Under the pieces are notes generated by a model. That model had not been told where the DNA came from, did no database searches, and saw only the letters and a program-made list of their open reading frames with translations. Of a stretch of 64,000 nucleotides of DNA, positions 10,151 through 20,979 are shown piece after piece. Every line of letters starts with the position of its first letter. Positions within the stretch are counted from its first letter, which is position 1. A program made the position numbers and the translations under genes. Origin of the DNA: Candidatus Sulfomarinibacteraceae bacterium (GTDB lineage: Bacteria > Acidobacteriota > Thermoanaerobaculia > Thermoanaerobaculales > Sulfomarinibacteraceae). The DNA is taken from assembly GCA_963796455.1 (NCBI GenBank), contig CAWCLO010000004.1, forward strand, positions 288,001 through 352,000, written 5' to 3'.

Positions 10151-11212
10151 ATGAATAAGAAGAAGACTCGTTTCCCAATAATAATGGTGGCAGCGGTTTG
10201 CCTCGGAGCTGCCATTTGGGCCTGTTCTCCCACTGATCAGGCGCCCGAGGTTACTGCTCCGATCGAAGCTTCGCCCTCTGATTCGGCCGTGGTCGACGAC
10301 GCCGGAATGCGGATGATTCCGATTGAAACTCCGAAAGGGACCTTCAATGTCTGGACAAAGAAAATAGGCGACAGCCCCAGGATGAAGGTGCTGCTGCTTC
10401 ACGGTGGGCCGGGAGCGACCCATGAGTACCTCGAGGTCTTTGCCGATTTTCTCCCTCAAGAGGGGATTGAGATCTATCTCTACGACCAACTGGGGTCATT
10501 TTTCTCGGACCAACCGAGTGACGACGATCTGTGGACGATCTCGCGCTTCGTCGACGAGGTCGAGCAGGTCCGCCTGGCGCTTGGGCTCGGTCCGGACAAT
10601 TTCTATCTTTATGGGCAGTCGTGGGGGGGCGCCCTAGCCATCGAATATGCACTCGCGCACCCTGGCGCTCTCAAGGGGCTGATCATCTCGAACATGATGG
10701 CTTCGATCCCCCTCTACAACACCTACGCAGCAGAGGTTTTGATGCCGCAGATCGACCCCGAAATTCTGGCTGAGATCAAGGCCTTCGAGGCCGCAGAGGA
10801 CTATGCCAACCCGCGCTACATGGAGCTCCTGATGGAGCATCACTACGTCAACCACGTCCTGCGCAGACCGGCCGAGGAATGGCCGGCGGAGGTGCTCAGC
10901 ACCTTCGAACACATCAATCCCGAGATCTACGTCCTCATGCAGGGCCCGAGCGAACTCGGCGCCAGCGGTCGCTTGCTCGAGTGGGATCGGACCGACGATC
11001 TGTCACAGATCGAAGTCCCGACTCTGGTGATCGGCGCCGAATACGACACCATGGATCCCTCCCACATGGAGTGGATGGCCGGCGAGTTCCCGACGGGCGA
11101 ATATCTCTATTGCCCCGATGGGAGCCATCTCGCACACTACGACGACCAGACGGTCTATATGGAGGGTCTGATTCGTTTCATCCACTCGGTGGACGGACGC
11201 GAGCCCTCCTGA
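10151..11212 (+). CDS. Proline iminopeptidase-family alpha/beta hydrolase (probable lipoprotein)
   Basis: LLHGGPG, YDQLG, GQSWGG and GSHL motifs; WAC lipobox-like signal. Confidence 0.9.
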   Translation: MNKKKTRFPIIMVAAVCLGAAIWACSPTDQAPEVTAPIEASPSDSAVVDDAGMRMIPIETPKGTFNVWTKKIGDSPRMKVLLLHGGPGATHEYLEVFADFLPQEGIEIYLYDQLGSFFSDQPSDDDLWTISRFVDEVEQVRLALGLGPDNFYLYGQSWGGALAIEYALAHPGALKGLIISNMMASIPLYNTYAAEVLMPQIDPEILAEIKAFEAAEDYANPRYMELLMEHHYVNHVLRRPAEEWPAEVLSTFEHINPEIYVLMQGPSELGASGRLLEWDRTDDLSQIEVPTLVIGAEYDTMDPSHMEWMAGEFPTGEYLYCPDGSHLAHYDDQTVYMEGLIRFIHSVDGREPS

Positions 11213-11319
11213 AAATCACCGGGTTGAGCCCCCGCCCACTCACCCACGGAGAAACCGCAGATAACGCAGATGGACGCAGATAATCAAACGCTCTCGGGAT
11301 CACGATCGACCTGAGGGCG

Positions 11320-11460
11320 ACTCACACGGCGACCGCACAATTGCCATTCAACATCTTCGGGGCTCCGACCTTGGTGGTGCGGCCGTCTCGGCCGCACGGT
11401 GTGCAGGCGAGACGCCTGCACCACAACGGTTTTACCTTCCGTTCAACGACCCGGAATTGA
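11320..11460 (-). repeat. Degenerate copy of the four-helix-bundle element core with a REP-like hairpin doublet
   Basis: Closely resembles 41310-41425 (CCTTGG.GGTGCGGCCGTCTCGGCCGCACGGTG.GCAGGCGAGACGCC..CACCACAACGG...AACGACCCGGA). Confidence 0.65.
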
Positions 11461-11547
11461 CGACTCAGTCTCGGACCACTGTCCCTGATTGTTGTCCCCG
11501 CCTCCGTATTTCGGACCGCCGTGGGGACTCCGGATTTCTGCGGGGAA

Positions 11548-12249
11548 TCAGTCGTCCTTGCCGCCGGCAATGAACTTGTAGCTGATGGCGCCGAGGATGC
11601 CGCCGATGATCGGCGCCAACCAGAACAACCACAGCTGGGAAATCGCCCAGCCACCGACCATCAACGCCGGTCCGGTGCTGCGCGCCGGGTTGACCGAGGT
11701 GTTGGTCACGGGAATGCTGATCAAATGAATCAGGGTCAGACCGAGTCCGATGGCGATTGGGGCAAATCCGGCGGGTGCGCGTTTGTCGGTGGCACCCATG
11801 ATGATCAGGAGAAACATCATGGTCATCACCACCTCGCAGATAAACGCGGCTCCGAGTGAGTATCCGCCTGGCGAGTGTTCGGCGAAGCCGTTGCTGGCGA
11901 AACCGCCGGCGAGATCGAAACCGGCGGCGCCGCTGGCTATGAGGTAGAGCACGAAGGCGCCGGCGATGCCGCCGAGCACCTGGGCCGCAATGTATGGGGC
12001 GAGCTCCGAGGCGGGGAAGCGCCCACCGGCCCAGAGACCGATGGAAACCGCGGGGTTGAGGTGGCAGCCCGAGATATGCCCGATGGCGTAGGCCATGGTC
12101 AGGACCGTCAAACCGAAGGCAAAGGCGACACCCAGGAGCCCGATCCCAACCTCTGGAAATGCTGCCGCGAGAACGGCGCTGCCGCATCCCCCAAGAACAA
12201 GCCAGAACGTACCGATGAATTCTGCACCAAATCGTTTTGAAAGCGGCAT
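11548..12249 (-). CDS. aqpZ: Aquaporin Z
   Basis: [28 protein letters not shown] and [10 protein letters not shown] (two NPA motifs). Confidence 0.97.
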   Translation of the reverse strand: MPLSKRFGAEFIGTFWLVLGGCGSAVLAAAFPEVGIGLLGVAFAFGLTVLTMAYAIGHISGCHLNPAVSIGLWAGGRFPASELAPYIAAQVLGGIAGAFVLYLIASGAAGFDLAGGFASNGFAEHSPGGYSLGAAFICEVVMTMMFLLIIMGATDKRAPAGFAPIAIGLGLTLIHLISIPVTNTSVNPARSTGPALMVGGWAISQLWLFWLAPIIGGILGAISYKFIAGGKDD

Positions 12250-12338
12250 CACGTCCTCCTCTCGGACCTCGAGATCTGAATTTATGCTTCGATCGATGTC
12301 CGCCAGATTACAAGATCCCGATCTGGTGCGCGAGAATT

Positions 12339-12851
12339 TTAATGCGAGGGCGTAATGGCCACCAGCGCTTTGCTGTCCGTCTGGGCGACGTGACACGAGG
12401 TGCAGACCCAACGGGAACCGGCCACTTCGCTGCCTGTGGTCCCGGGGGACCGCCGGAGATCAACCCGGTGGCTGGACGGCACCGCCACCGCACCCATGTC
12501 TTCAGCGACTGATTGATGGTGACACTCGAGGCAGGAGTTTTCACTGAGGGTGATGGTCTCGAGGTCGTCGATCGAGTGAGGGATCGCTGGCGGGAACTCC
12601 GCGTTGGGCCGGGCTCGCAGTTCGCTTTCGCCGGCTTCGACTTCATTGAACGCGATGGGCGCCTGCGGCGGTTGTTCTCGCGCGGTGCCCGGCGCCAGAC
12701 CGATCTCGGACTCCGAAATCGTGACGGGTGGCGCCGCCGTCGCCGTCGTGGTGTTGTTGTCGGCCTGCGGACCGCCGGTGGTGCAGCTGACGACGAAGCC
12801 GAGGGCGAGGAGCGGCAACAAAGTGGTTTTCATCTTCATCCTCCCGTTCAT
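12339..12851 (-). CDS. napB: Periplasmic nitrate reductase diheme cytochrome c subunit (lipoprotein-like)
   Basis: PPAIPH, CLECH, SH and CTSCHV; ATGA overlap with napA. Confidence 0.9.
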   Translation of the reverse strand: MNGRMKMKTTLLPLLALGFVVSCTTGGPQADNNTTTATAAPPVTISESEIGLAPGTAREQPPQAPIAFNEVEAGESELRARPNAEFPPAIPHSIDDLETITLSENSCLECHHQSVAEDMGAVAVPSSHRVDLRRSPGTTGSEVAGSRWVCTSCHVAQTDSKALVAITPSH

Positions 12852-15595
12852 GCCTTCTTGATCCGGACCGCACATTTTTTGAAATCGGTTTCCTTCGAAA
12901 TCGGACAGGTGGCATCGAGGGTCACCTTGTTGATGGGTACCCCCTCGTCAAACCACGGCACATAGACCGTGCCCTTCGGCATCCGGTTGCGCCCGCCGAT
13001 CTCCACAACCGCTTCAACTTTGCCCCGGCGCGATTCGATGACAGCCACATCGTTGCGTGCGAGACCGTGGGCGGCGGCGTCCGCCGGGTGCATGACGACC
13101 TGGGCACGCGGCTGGGCGAAGTGGAGCTCGGGAATCCTTCGGGTCATCGAGCCCGAATGCCAATGCTCGAGCACCCGGCCGGTGCAGAGCCACATCGGAT
13201 AATCCTTGGAAGGGCTCTCCGCAGGTGCTGCGTAGGGACGGAAGAAGATCTTCGCCTTGCCGGCGAGGGAAACCGCTTCTCCGCTTCCCGCCACTTTGAG
13301 CGTGCCCTGTTTGAGTGATTTGAGTGCAGGCCCGTAGAAGTCGAAATCGGCGCCATCCGCGACGTAGCTGTCGTGTTTCCCGTTGAAACGCCAACGGGTC
13401 TCCTTGCCATCGATCACCGGCCATCGCAGCCCGCGGACGTCTTCGCGGTAGTAGGTGTCAAATGGGGCGAGATCGTGGGCGTGGTCGAGTCCGAAAAGGC
13501 GGTACTCTTCGAAAAGTGCTTTCTCTGGAAACCAGTTGAGTCCGCCCGCATCCGCGGTGCAGCAATCGTGTCCCGCCCCCACCGGATCGGGCCACTCGAA
13601 GGCGCGCGCATCCTCGGTTGCGAAGAGCACGTCGTAGAGTGTCTGATCCCGGCGATAGCCCATTTTCTCGGCCTCGGCCAGCACATCCGGCAGCGCGCCG
13701 TCGGCGAATCCTCCGGCCTTGAGCCCCGGCACCTTCTGGGCGCCCCACAATTCGCCCAGGGTGAACCTCTTCGAGAATTCCAGCATCTGCCAGACATCCG
13801 AACGTGCCTCACCGGGCGGATTTGTCACCTGCCGCCAGGCCTGGGTCCGGCGCTCGGAGTTTCCGTAGAGCCCCCACTTTTCGAAGTGGCCGGCACAGGG
13901 CAGGATGAGATCGGCGACCTTGCAGGAATAGGTCGGATAGATATCCGAGACCACGATGAAGTTGTCCATTTCGCGTGCGGCGGTCAACCAATGATTTGCA
14001 TTCGCCGTCGATTGGAACGGGTTGGTGACCTGTACCCACAACCACCGCATTTTTCCGGACTGGAGGTCGCGCATCATCTGTGTGATGTGGCTCCCGACCT
14101 TGGGATTGAGGGTGTTGTCGGGGAGTTTCCACAACTTCTCCGATCGTGCCCGGTGGCCGGCATTGGCGACCACCATATCGGCGGGCAAGCGATGGGCAAA
14201 GGTGCCGACTTCACGAGCGGTCCCGCATGCCGACGGTTGGCCGGTCAGGGAAAAAGCCCCCGATCCGGGCGTGGCCTGTTTTCCGGTCAGAAGGTGGACC
14301 ATGTAGGCCTGCTCGTTGACCCAGGTCCCGCGCGTGTGTTGATTGAAGCCCATGGTCCAGAACGAGACGACCTTGCGCTTTGGATCCGCATAGAGATCGG
14401 CCAGGGTCTGGAGTTTCTTTTTGAAGTCCTCCATGTCCTCGTCGGGGTCGCCTTTGGCGAGGGAGGCGACAAAATCGAGGGTGTAGGGTTCGAGGCCCTT
14501 TTTGAATTCGTCAAAGGAAATCAACCAATGGGCCCCGGCTCCGGCGGCGGCTTTTTGTTCGATGACGTGCTTCTTGGATGGATCGAGGCCCTGGGCGATC
14601 GCCTCGTCACGGGTCAGCGTCGTGACCCTTTGTCGGGCGAGGGTGTCGCTTTCGGCCGGGAATCGGAGGGCATCCGTCGCCGGCAACCCGTAGCCGATGT
14701 CGGTCGGACCGGTTGCAAAGACACAATGTTTTTCGACAAAGGCTTTGTCGACCGCCCCGCGTTTGACGATTTCACGGGCGATGAAGTTCCAGATTGCCAG
14801 ATCGGTCTGGGGTGTGATGATCAATTCGTGGTCGGCGCACTCGGAGGTCCGGTTGGAGTAGGTGCTGAGGTTGAAGACCGTGACACCCTTGTCACGAAGA
14901 CGGTGGTCCACAACCCGCGCCCACAGCATCGGGTGCATTTCGGCCATGTTGGCGCCCCAGGTCACCACGGTATCGGTGAGCTCGATATCGTCGTAACAAC
15001 CGGATGGCTCGTCGATGCCGTAGACCTGGATGAATGCGGCAACCGCTGAGGCCATGCAATGGCGGGCGTTGGGGTCGATGTTGTTCGATCGCCAACCCGC
15101 CTTGGCCAGTTTGACCGCGGCGTAGCCTTCCGGGATGGTGTATTGACCGGAGCCCATGATGCCGACACCGGTTGGCCCAAGCTCACCGTGCACGCGCTTG
15201 AACTGGCGCTCCATTTCGTCAAAAGCCCGCTCCCACGAGACCTCGGTGAAATCACCCTCCTTGTCGAAGCGGCCGTCCTTCATCCTGAGAAGTGGTTGAG
15301 TGAGCCGGTCGGCGCCGTAGAGGATATTGGCGTTGGCGTAACCTTTGGCGCACAAGAGGCCCCGGTTCACTGGGTTCTCCGGGTCGCCCTTGACGGCGGC
15401 GACATGACCGTTTCTGGTGCCGACCATGAGCCCGCAGCCGACGCCACAGAATCGGCAGACGCTTTTTTCCCACGTCACGCCGCGGTCGATCGGAGCCGTG
15501 TCGGCGGCACTGTCGAATGGCACGCCAACGGTGGCCGCAGTGGCGGCCGCCACACCCGTTTTGACGAAATCCCTTCGCGAGAGATCGTGCTTCAT
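12848..15595 (-). CDS. napA: Periplasmic nitrate reductase catalytic subunit
   Basis: Tat signal [16 protein letters not shown] Fe-S motif; [37 protein letters not shown]. Confidence 0.97.
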   Translation of the reverse strand: MKHDLSRRDFVKTGVAAATAATVGVPFDSAADTAPIDRGVTWEKSVCRFCGVGCGLMVGTRNGHVAAVKGDPENPVNRGLLCAKGYANANILYGADRLTQPLLRMKDGRFDKEGDFTEVSWERAFDEMERQFKRVHGELGPTGVGIMGSGQYTIPEGYAAVKLAKAGWRSNNIDPNARHCMASAVAAFIQVYGIDEPSGCYDDIELTDTVVTWGANMAEMHPMLWARVVDHRLRDKGVTVFNLSTYSNRTSECADHELIITPQTDLAIWNFIAREIVKRGAVDKAFVEKHCVFATGPTDIGYGLPATDALRFPAESDTLARQRVTTLTRDEAIAQGLDPSKKHVIEQKAAAGAGAHWLISFDEFKKGLEPYTLDFVASLAKGDPDEDMEDFKKKLQTLADLYADPKRKVVSFWTMGFNQHTRGTWVNEQAYMVHLLTGKQATPGSGAFSLTGQPSACGTAREVGTFAHRLPADMVVANAGHRARSEKLWKLPDNTLNPKVGSHITQMMRDLQSGKMRWLWVQVTNPFQSTANANHWLTAAREMDNFIVVSDIYPTYSCKVADLILPCAGHFEKWGLYGNSERRTQAWRQVTNPPGEARSDVWQMLEFSKRFTLGELWGAQKVPGLKAGGFADGALPDVLAEAEKMGYRRDQTLYDVLFATEDARAFEWPDPVGAGHDCCTADAGGLNWFPEKALFEEYRLFGLDHAHDLAPFDTYYREDVRGLRWPVIDGKETRWRFNGKHDSYVADGADFDFYGPALKSLKQGTLKVAGSGEAVSLAGKAKIFFRPYAAPAESPSKDYPMWLCTGRVLEHWHSGSMTRRIPELHFAQPRAQVVMHPADAAAHGLARNDVAVIESRRGKVEAVVEIGGRNRMPKGTVYVPWFDEGVPINKVTLDATCPISKETDFKKCAVRIKKA

Positions 15596-15879
15596 GCTCT
15601 TCCTCCTGATGTTTCCGGCTCGGTTGATTCGTCGGAGTCCTGATAGTGCATCACCAATTCGGCGGTGAGTACCCGCGGCAGTGCCTGGAGATCGCGCAGT
15701 CCTTGTCTGTGCTCAGCGATCGAGGCTCGTTCCTGTACGACGATCAATCGCCCGGTCGTCGATTCGGTGGCGTGGACCTCGATACCCGGGAGATGGCTCA
15801 GCGTTGCTGCAAGTTTTTCGATGTCTTCGGGTCGTGTCGTAACGCACAATCCCGAAACGCTCCAGTCGGGTTCAGACAT
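15592..15879 (-). CDS. napD: NapD chaperone
   Basis: VSGLCV..GRLIVV..L..LP.VL.AELV.H; immediately upstream of napA. Confidence 0.88.
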   Translation of the reverse strand: MSEPDWSVSGLCVTTRPEDIEKLAATLSHLPGIEVHATESTTGRLIVVQERASIAEHRQGLRDLQALPRVLTAELVMHYQDSDESTEPETSGGRA

Positions 15880-15962
15880 GCGGACTCCTCATCGTGTGAC
15901 CTGGTTTCTCCATCATCTCATTTCTGACGGGTACAAAGATATTGCGGCCCAGCCTGGTTTCC

Positions 15963-15976
15963 TTGACCGGGGTCAA
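15963..15976. promoter_or_regulatory. FNR/CRP-family-like binding site
   Basis: Perfect TTGAC-CGGG-GTCAA dyad (FNR consensus TTGAT-N4-ATCAA) between two divergent anaerobic respiration operons. Confidence 0.7.
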
Positions 15977-16062
15977 TGTCCTTTTCTCGAAATGCGTGCG
16001 AGACTGAATCAGAAGTCGCATGAACGAACTTGATGGTGTCGAGCGAAGAGGAGGTTTGAACC

Positions 16063-16746
16063 GTGGGTCAACCTGACCGGACGCTGCTGCCCAGGTCGTC
16101 GTCTCTCGCCGTATTGCTGATCGTGTTCTTCGTTTTGTCAGCTCTGATTCTGTATTCCATCATGAGTGGCGCAGGAGGCGGGATCGCCGATGACGCAGGA
16201 GGCACCGCCGCCTTTGGACCGGCAGATTTTCCGGAGATCGATTTCGATCGCGAACTCCTGCCGGAGGTCGAAGAAGCAGGCGCCTCGGATCCGGACGGGG
16301 TCTTTCGGGTTCGGCAGCCTCTGGCCTACGAAGACTACTACCCCTGCACCGACTGCCATGGCGATATGGAAGTCAATCTGGAGCAGCGCCAACTCGAGGA
16401 GATGCACGATGACATCTCGCTTGATCACGGCCCCAAAGACCGCTGGTGCTTTGATTGCCACAACCCCGACGACCGGGATTCTCTACGCCTCGCGAACGGG
16501 ACCTTGATTGGCTTTGACGAGTCGTACAGATTGTGCGGCCAGTGTCACGGGACCATCTTTCGCGATTGGCGTGAGGGCGTACACGGTCGGAGAGATGGGT
16601 ACTGGAATGGTGCCAAGAGCTATCTCCTGTGCGCCCATTGTCACAATCCCCATGCCCCCCGTTTCGAGGCCATCGCGCCGTTGCCACCGCCGGTGCGGCC
16701 GCAGTATCTGAGTTCATCTTCGGAAGGGAGCGATGACGGTGAGTGA
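16063..16746 (+). CDS. Membrane-anchored tetraheme cytochrome c
   Basis: N-terminal TM helix; four CxxCH motifs (CTDCH, CFDCH, CGQCH, CAHCH). Confidence 0.9.
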   Translation: MGQPDRTLLPRSSSLAVLLIVFFVLSALILYSIMSGAGGGIADDAGGTAAFGPADFPEIDFDRELLPEVEEAGASDPDGVFRVRQPLAYEDYYPCTDCHGDMEVNLEQRQLEEMHDDISLDHGPKDRWCFDCHNPDDRDSLRLANGTLIGFDESYRLCGQCHGTIFRDWREGVHGRRDGYWNGAKSYLLCAHCHNPHAPRFEAIAPLPPPVRPQYLSSSSEGSDDGE

Positions 16747-17677
16747 CAAACGAAGAGACCCGGAGGTGGCTGTGGAAGCGCTCGATACGCCGGTCGATCG
16801 AAGGTCTGTTCTGATCAGCGCCGGCCTCACGACCATGGCCGCGGTCTCGGCCGCGGCGGCAGGTTCCTCTGCAGGTTTTGTGGAGCGCTTGCTGGGAACC
16901 CGATTCGTCGAGTTGAGCAGTCAACGAAAAGCGGAGATTCTCGAAGATCTCGAGCGGGACTACAGCCAGCGCTATGGAAGGGAGATCACCGTCTCAGACA
17001 CACCGCCGATGGATGGCGTCGAGTTTGCATACGGCCTCGATATTTCTCGTTGTGTCGGCTGCCGCCGCTGTGTCTACGGTTGTGTGCATGAAAACAACCA
17101 GAGTCGGGAACCGCAGATTCACTGGATCAGAGTGCTGCGGATGGAAAACGAAGGTGGGATCGACCTCACCGAATCCAACGCCTACTATGAACCGGAGCTG
17201 GTGCCTGAGCCCGATGCCTTCTATCTGCCGGTAGCCTGCCAGCAGTGCCGCAATCCTCCCTGTGTCAAAGTCTGTCCGGTCAAGGCGACCTGGCAGGAAC
17301 CCGACGGTATCGTCGTCATCGACTCGGATTGGTGCATCGGTTGCCGCTGCTGTATGTCGGCATGTCCCTATGGAGCACGCCGATTCAACTGGAGTGAACC
17401 AACCCTCCCGTCTGCCGAAGTCAATCCAGATACCCATTTTTTCGGCAACCGGCCCCGTCCCAAGGGAGTGGTCGAGAAATGCACATTCTGCATCCACCGG
17501 ACGCGAAAGGGGAGGTACCCGGCCTGCGTCGAGATCTGTCCGGTGGGCGCTCGCAAATTCGGCAACATGCTTGATGAAGAGTCGGAGATTCGTTATCTGA
17601 TGCGGGAAAAACGGGTGTTCGTGCTCAAGGAAGAACTCAATACACGGCCGCGATTCTTCTACTTCTACGCGACCTGA
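16733..17677 (+). CDS. 4Fe-4S ferredoxin subunit (NrfC/DsrO-like) with a Tat-like leader
   Basis: DRRSVL; CVGCRRC..C, CQQCRNPPCVKVCP, CIGCRCCMSACP and KCTFC..CVEICP. Confidence 0.9.
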   Translation: MTVSDKRRDPEVAVEALDTPVDRRSVLISAGLTTMAAVSAAAAGSSAGFVERLLGTRFVELSSQRKAEILEDLERDYSQRYGREITVSDTPPMDGVEFAYGLDISRCVGCRRCVYGCVHENNQSREPQIHWIRVLRMENEGGIDLTESNAYYEPELVPEPDAFYLPVACQQCRNPPCVKVCPVKATWQEPDGIVVIDSDWCIGCRCCMSACPYGARRFNWSEPTLPSAEVNPDTHFFGNRPRPKGVVEKCTFCIHRTRKGRYPACVEICPVGARKFGNMLDEESEIRYLMREKRVFVLKEELNTRPRFFYFYAT

Positions 17678-17684
17678 GGCTGTC

Positions 17685-18893
17685 ATGAAAAATCTCTTTC
17701 GTTTTGTTTCCGATTCGGCGCGCCTGACCCTCCAGGGCAATCGTTGGTATTTCGCGTGGATCGGGGCGCTCCTGCTCCTGGTGATCTGGGGTGTGAGCGC
17801 CTGGTGGCAACAGGTCCAACAGGGCCTGATCGTCACCAACATGCGCGACCAGGTCTCGTGGGCCTTCTACATCGGCAACTTCACCTTTCTGGTCGGAGTC
17901 GCGGCGGCAGCTGTGATGTTGGTCATTCCGGCCTACGTCTACAACTGGAAACCGATCAAGGAGATCGCGATCTTCGGCGAGCTCCTGGCCGTCTCGGCAA
18001 TCATCATGAGCATGCTCTTCGTCCTGGTCGACGTCGGCCGGCCGGACCGCGTGTGGCACCTCATCCCCTTTGTCGGCAGCCTCAACCTCCCGAGTTCCTT
18101 ATTGGGCTGGGACGTTCTGGTTCTGAATCTCTATCTGGTGCTCAATCTGGTGATCGTTGTCTATCTTCTCTACACCGCGTACCGAAAACGGCCGTACAAT
18201 CATCGCTTCGTCGTGCCACTGCTCCTCATTTCGATCCCCGCTGCGGTCGGGATCCATACGGTCACCGCATTCGTCTATGCCGGGACGGCGGCCAGACCCT
18301 TCTGGAACTCGGCCATCCTCGCGCCCCGCTTCCTCGCGTCGGCATTCTGCTCGGGTCCTGCAATCCTCCTGATCCTGTTTCAGATTCTTCGCAAGACCAC
18401 GAAGATCGAGATCAAGGACGAGGCAATCTGGAAAATCGCCGAACTCATGGCTTACGCCATGTTTCTCAACCTTTTCCTGTTCGGCGCCGAGATCTTCCGC
18501 GAGTACTATTCGGACACCCACCACCTGATCCACACTCAGTACCTTTACAGCGGTGTCCACGGGCACAATGCCCTGGTGCCCTTCGCGTGGTTGTCGTTGT
18601 TCTGCAGCGTTCTGGCCTTCCTCCTTTTCCTGGTGCCGGCGACACGGAAGAACCTGGTGACCCTGAACCTCGGTTGCCTGCTGATCTATGCGGGTGTTTA
18701 CATCGAAAAGGGGATGGCCCTGGTGATTCCAGGGATGACCCCGGACACCCTGGGTGAAATCTACGAGTATGTGCCGACCCTGAGCGAGGTGAGAGTTGGT
18801 GCCGGGATTTTCGCCATCGGATTCCTGGTCTTCACCCTGCTCTGCAAGATCGCGATCCCGATCCTTCAGGAACCTTCGTCGGAGCCCTCCTAG
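17685..18893 (+). CDS. NrfD/PsrC/DsrP-family membrane quinol-oxidising subunit
   Basis: About 10 TM helices; WAFYIGNFTFLVGVAAAA, VDVGRPDR, HTVTAF and APRFLASAF. Confidence 0.9.
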   Translation: MKNLFRFVSDSARLTLQGNRWYFAWIGALLLLVIWGVSAWWQQVQQGLIVTNMRDQVSWAFYIGNFTFLVGVAAAAVMLVIPAYVYNWKPIKEIAIFGELLAVSAIIMSMLFVLVDVGRPDRVWHLIPFVGSLNLPSSLLGWDVLVLNLYLVLNLVIVVYLLYTAYRKRPYNHRFVVPLLLISIPAAVGIHTVTAFVYAGTAARPFWNSAILAPRFLASAFCSGPAILLILFQILRKTTKIEIKDEAIWKIAELMAYAMFLNLFLFGAEIFREYYSDTHHLIHTQYLYSGVHGHNALVPFAWLSLFCSVLAFLLFLVPATRKNLVTLNLGCLLIYAGVYIEKGMALVIPGMTPDTLGEIYEYVPTLSEVRVGAGIFAIGFLVFTLLCKIAIPILQEPSSEPS

Positions 18894-19053
18894 GACACTT
18901 CGGGTCCCTGAGCCCCGCGCCGGTTCCGGTGGAACGAATAGTTGAGTCATAAGGGTTGTTAGGGGGATTAGGGACCATTATCATGCGCCATCCGGTCCAG
19001 GTTGGCTCTTGGTACCACCGGAGCGTTCAGATTCAAGTCTTGACGGAGGATTC

Positions 19054-20265
19054 GTGGCCGACCCCAGAGTGAGACGCTATTGCCAGGTCGCGGAGGCGCT
19101 GCGGGATGGCCAGTTCGACGTCAGTGTTCCCATCGGAACGCGAGGCGAGATTGCTGATCTCGGGCAGGCTCTTCGCGATCTGGCGCAGACCTTGAAACAA
19201 CAATCCGAAAAATCGGAAATGATCAGCAACATCACCCGGAAAATCAACGAGGGCCTAATGATCGAGGACATCCTCGATCAGGTCTATGACAATTTTTTCG
19301 CATTGATTCCTTACGACCGGATCGGTTTTGCACTCCTCGAGGACGGCAGGGCCGTGGTCCGCGCCCACTGGGCCCGATCGGAAGCCGAAGAGATCAAGTT
19401 GCCCCTCGGCTACTCGGCCGGGGTATCCGGCAGTAGCCTCGAAGAGGTCATGAAAACCCAGCAACCGCGCATTCTCAACGACCTCGAGGCCTACCTCGAC
19501 GACCACCCCAATTCAGATTCGACCCGTCGAATCGTTGATGAAGGGATGCGATCGAGTTTGACCTGTCCACTGGTCATCATGGGCCAGCCGGTCGGTTTTT
19601 TGTTCTTCTCGAGCATGCAAAAAGACACGTATCGCGACGTCCACAAAGAACTGTATCTTCAGATCGCCAGTCAGCTTGCGGTCACACTCGAAAAAAGCCG
19701 ACTCTACGAGGGTCTCCTCGAACTCACCGAGGAACTCAAAGAGGCCCGGGACTCGCTCGAACTCCTGGCCACCCGGGACAGCCTCACCGGTCTCTGGAAC
19801 CGGCGGTCCATCACCGATCTTTTGAGTCGGGATCTTTCTCGGGCCGGACGTGAAGAGCTCTCATTGGTGGCGGTCATCGTGGATGTAGACTTTTTCAAAA
19901 ACCTCAACGACACGATCGGACACCTCGCGGGTGACGAAGTTCTCAAGGAGATCACCCGTCGGATCTCCTGCACCTTGAGGACTGCGGATGTTTTCGGCAG
20001 GATCGGGGGCGAGGAGTTTCTGATCATTCTCTATCCGGCGAACGAGAAAACGGCTGTCGAGGTCATGGAGCGGGCACGTCGCGCCTGTGCCGGCACGCCG
20101 ATCAAGCTCGACGCGGGTGAGTATCAGGTGACCGTCAGTCTCGGTGCCGCGGTGGTCCAGGAATTCGAGGATATCGGTTTGGCGGACGTCCTGAAAACGG
20201 CGGATCACGCGCTGTATCGAGCCAAGAACGACGGTCGGAACAGGTCGGTAGTCGAGATGGTATAG
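19054..20265 (+). CDS. GAF-GGDEF diguanylate cyclase
   Basis: GAF region (SSLTCPL..VGFLFF), DSLTGLWNRR and RIGGEEF; GTG start after a GGAGG RBS. Confidence 0.9.
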   Translation: MADPRVRRYCQVAEALRDGQFDVSVPIGTRGEIADLGQALRDLAQTLKQQSEKSEMISNITRKINEGLMIEDILDQVYDNFFALIPYDRIGFALLEDGRAVVRAHWARSEAEEIKLPLGYSAGVSGSSLEEVMKTQQPRILNDLEAYLDDHPNSDSTRRIVDEGMRSSLTCPLVIMGQPVGFLFFSSMQKDTYRDVHKELYLQIASQLAVTLEKSRLYEGLLELTEELKEARDSLELLATRDSLTGLWNRRSITDLLSRDLSRAGREELSLVAVIVDVDFFKNLNDTIGHLAGDEVLKEITRRISCTLRTADVFGRIGGEEFLIILYPANEKTAVEVMERARRACAGTPIKLDAGEYQVTVSLGAAVVQEFEDIGLADVLKTADHALYRAKNDGRNRSVVEMV

Positions 20266-20280
20266 TTGCGCTGCGACACG

Positions 20281-20916
20281 ATGAAAAAACTCGATATCGA
20301 CTCGTGGGACCGACGCGCTCATTTCGAAAATTTCAAAGAGTTCTCGGATCCTTTTTTTAACATAACTGCAAATGTCGACGTGTCGGAAATAGTCCATCTT
20401 TCGAAGAAAGGCGGCATTTCTTTTTTTGCTCTTTCGTTCTTTGGTGTGCTGAAAATAGTCAACGAAATCGAGAGTTTCCGATATCGAATACGTGATGGTG
20501 AGGTTGTGATCCACGATGTGATCGATGGCGGATGCACCGTCTTAAACCAAGATGAAACATTCAGTTATTGTTATTTTAAATTCATGGACGATTTGCAGAG
20601 TTTTTGCATCCATGTGGAATCAGTTATTGAAAAAAACAAGACGGAAAATAGTCTGGATCCTCGACGTGACAGGGACGACCTGATTCACGGTTCGGTCCTG
20701 CCCTGGGTTTCCTTTACAGGTTTTGAGCATGCCAAACGGCATGATATTCAGGATTCAATACCGAAGGTCGTTCTTGGTCGATATTTCCGACAAGATGGCA
20801 AATTTCAGATGCCGATTTCTGTCGCAGTACACCATGCTTTGATGGATGGTATTCACGTCGGAAGATTTTTCCAAAAATATGAAGATTATGCGAACGGAAT
20901 CAATCGAGAATTTTGA
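20281..20916 (+). CDS. Type A chloramphenicol acetyltransferase-like protein
   Basis: W.RR.HFE.F, S.LPWVSFT and catalytic VHHALMDGIH motif; AT-richer than its flanks. Confidence 0.85.
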   Translation: MKKLDIDSWDRRAHFENFKEFSDPFFNITANVDVSEIVHLSKKGGISFFALSFFGVLKIVNEIESFRYRIRDGEVVIHDVIDGGCTVLNQDETFSYCYFKFMDDLQSFCIHVESVIEKNKTENSLDPRRDRDDLIHGSVLPWVSFTGFEHAKRHDIQDSIPKVVLGRYFRQDGKFQMPISVAVHHALMDGIHVGRFFQKYEDYANGINREF

Positions 20917-20920
20917 TTTC

Positions 20921-20956
20921 AAAAAAAAAGCGGGATTCCGATTCGGGAATCCCGCT
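20921..20956 (-). terminator. Intrinsic terminator
   Basis: AGCGGGATTCC/GGAATCCCGCT stem with an A9 run (T tract on the minus strand) between convergent genes. Confidence 0.8.
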
Positions 20957-20979
20957 GATTCCATTACTCGAAACAGTCT

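Noticed and set aside
16063..18893. Calling the module dsrJOP or evidence of sulfate reduction
   Set aside because: No dsrMK or dsrAB in the window, and NrfC/NrfD-family modules serve many pathways.
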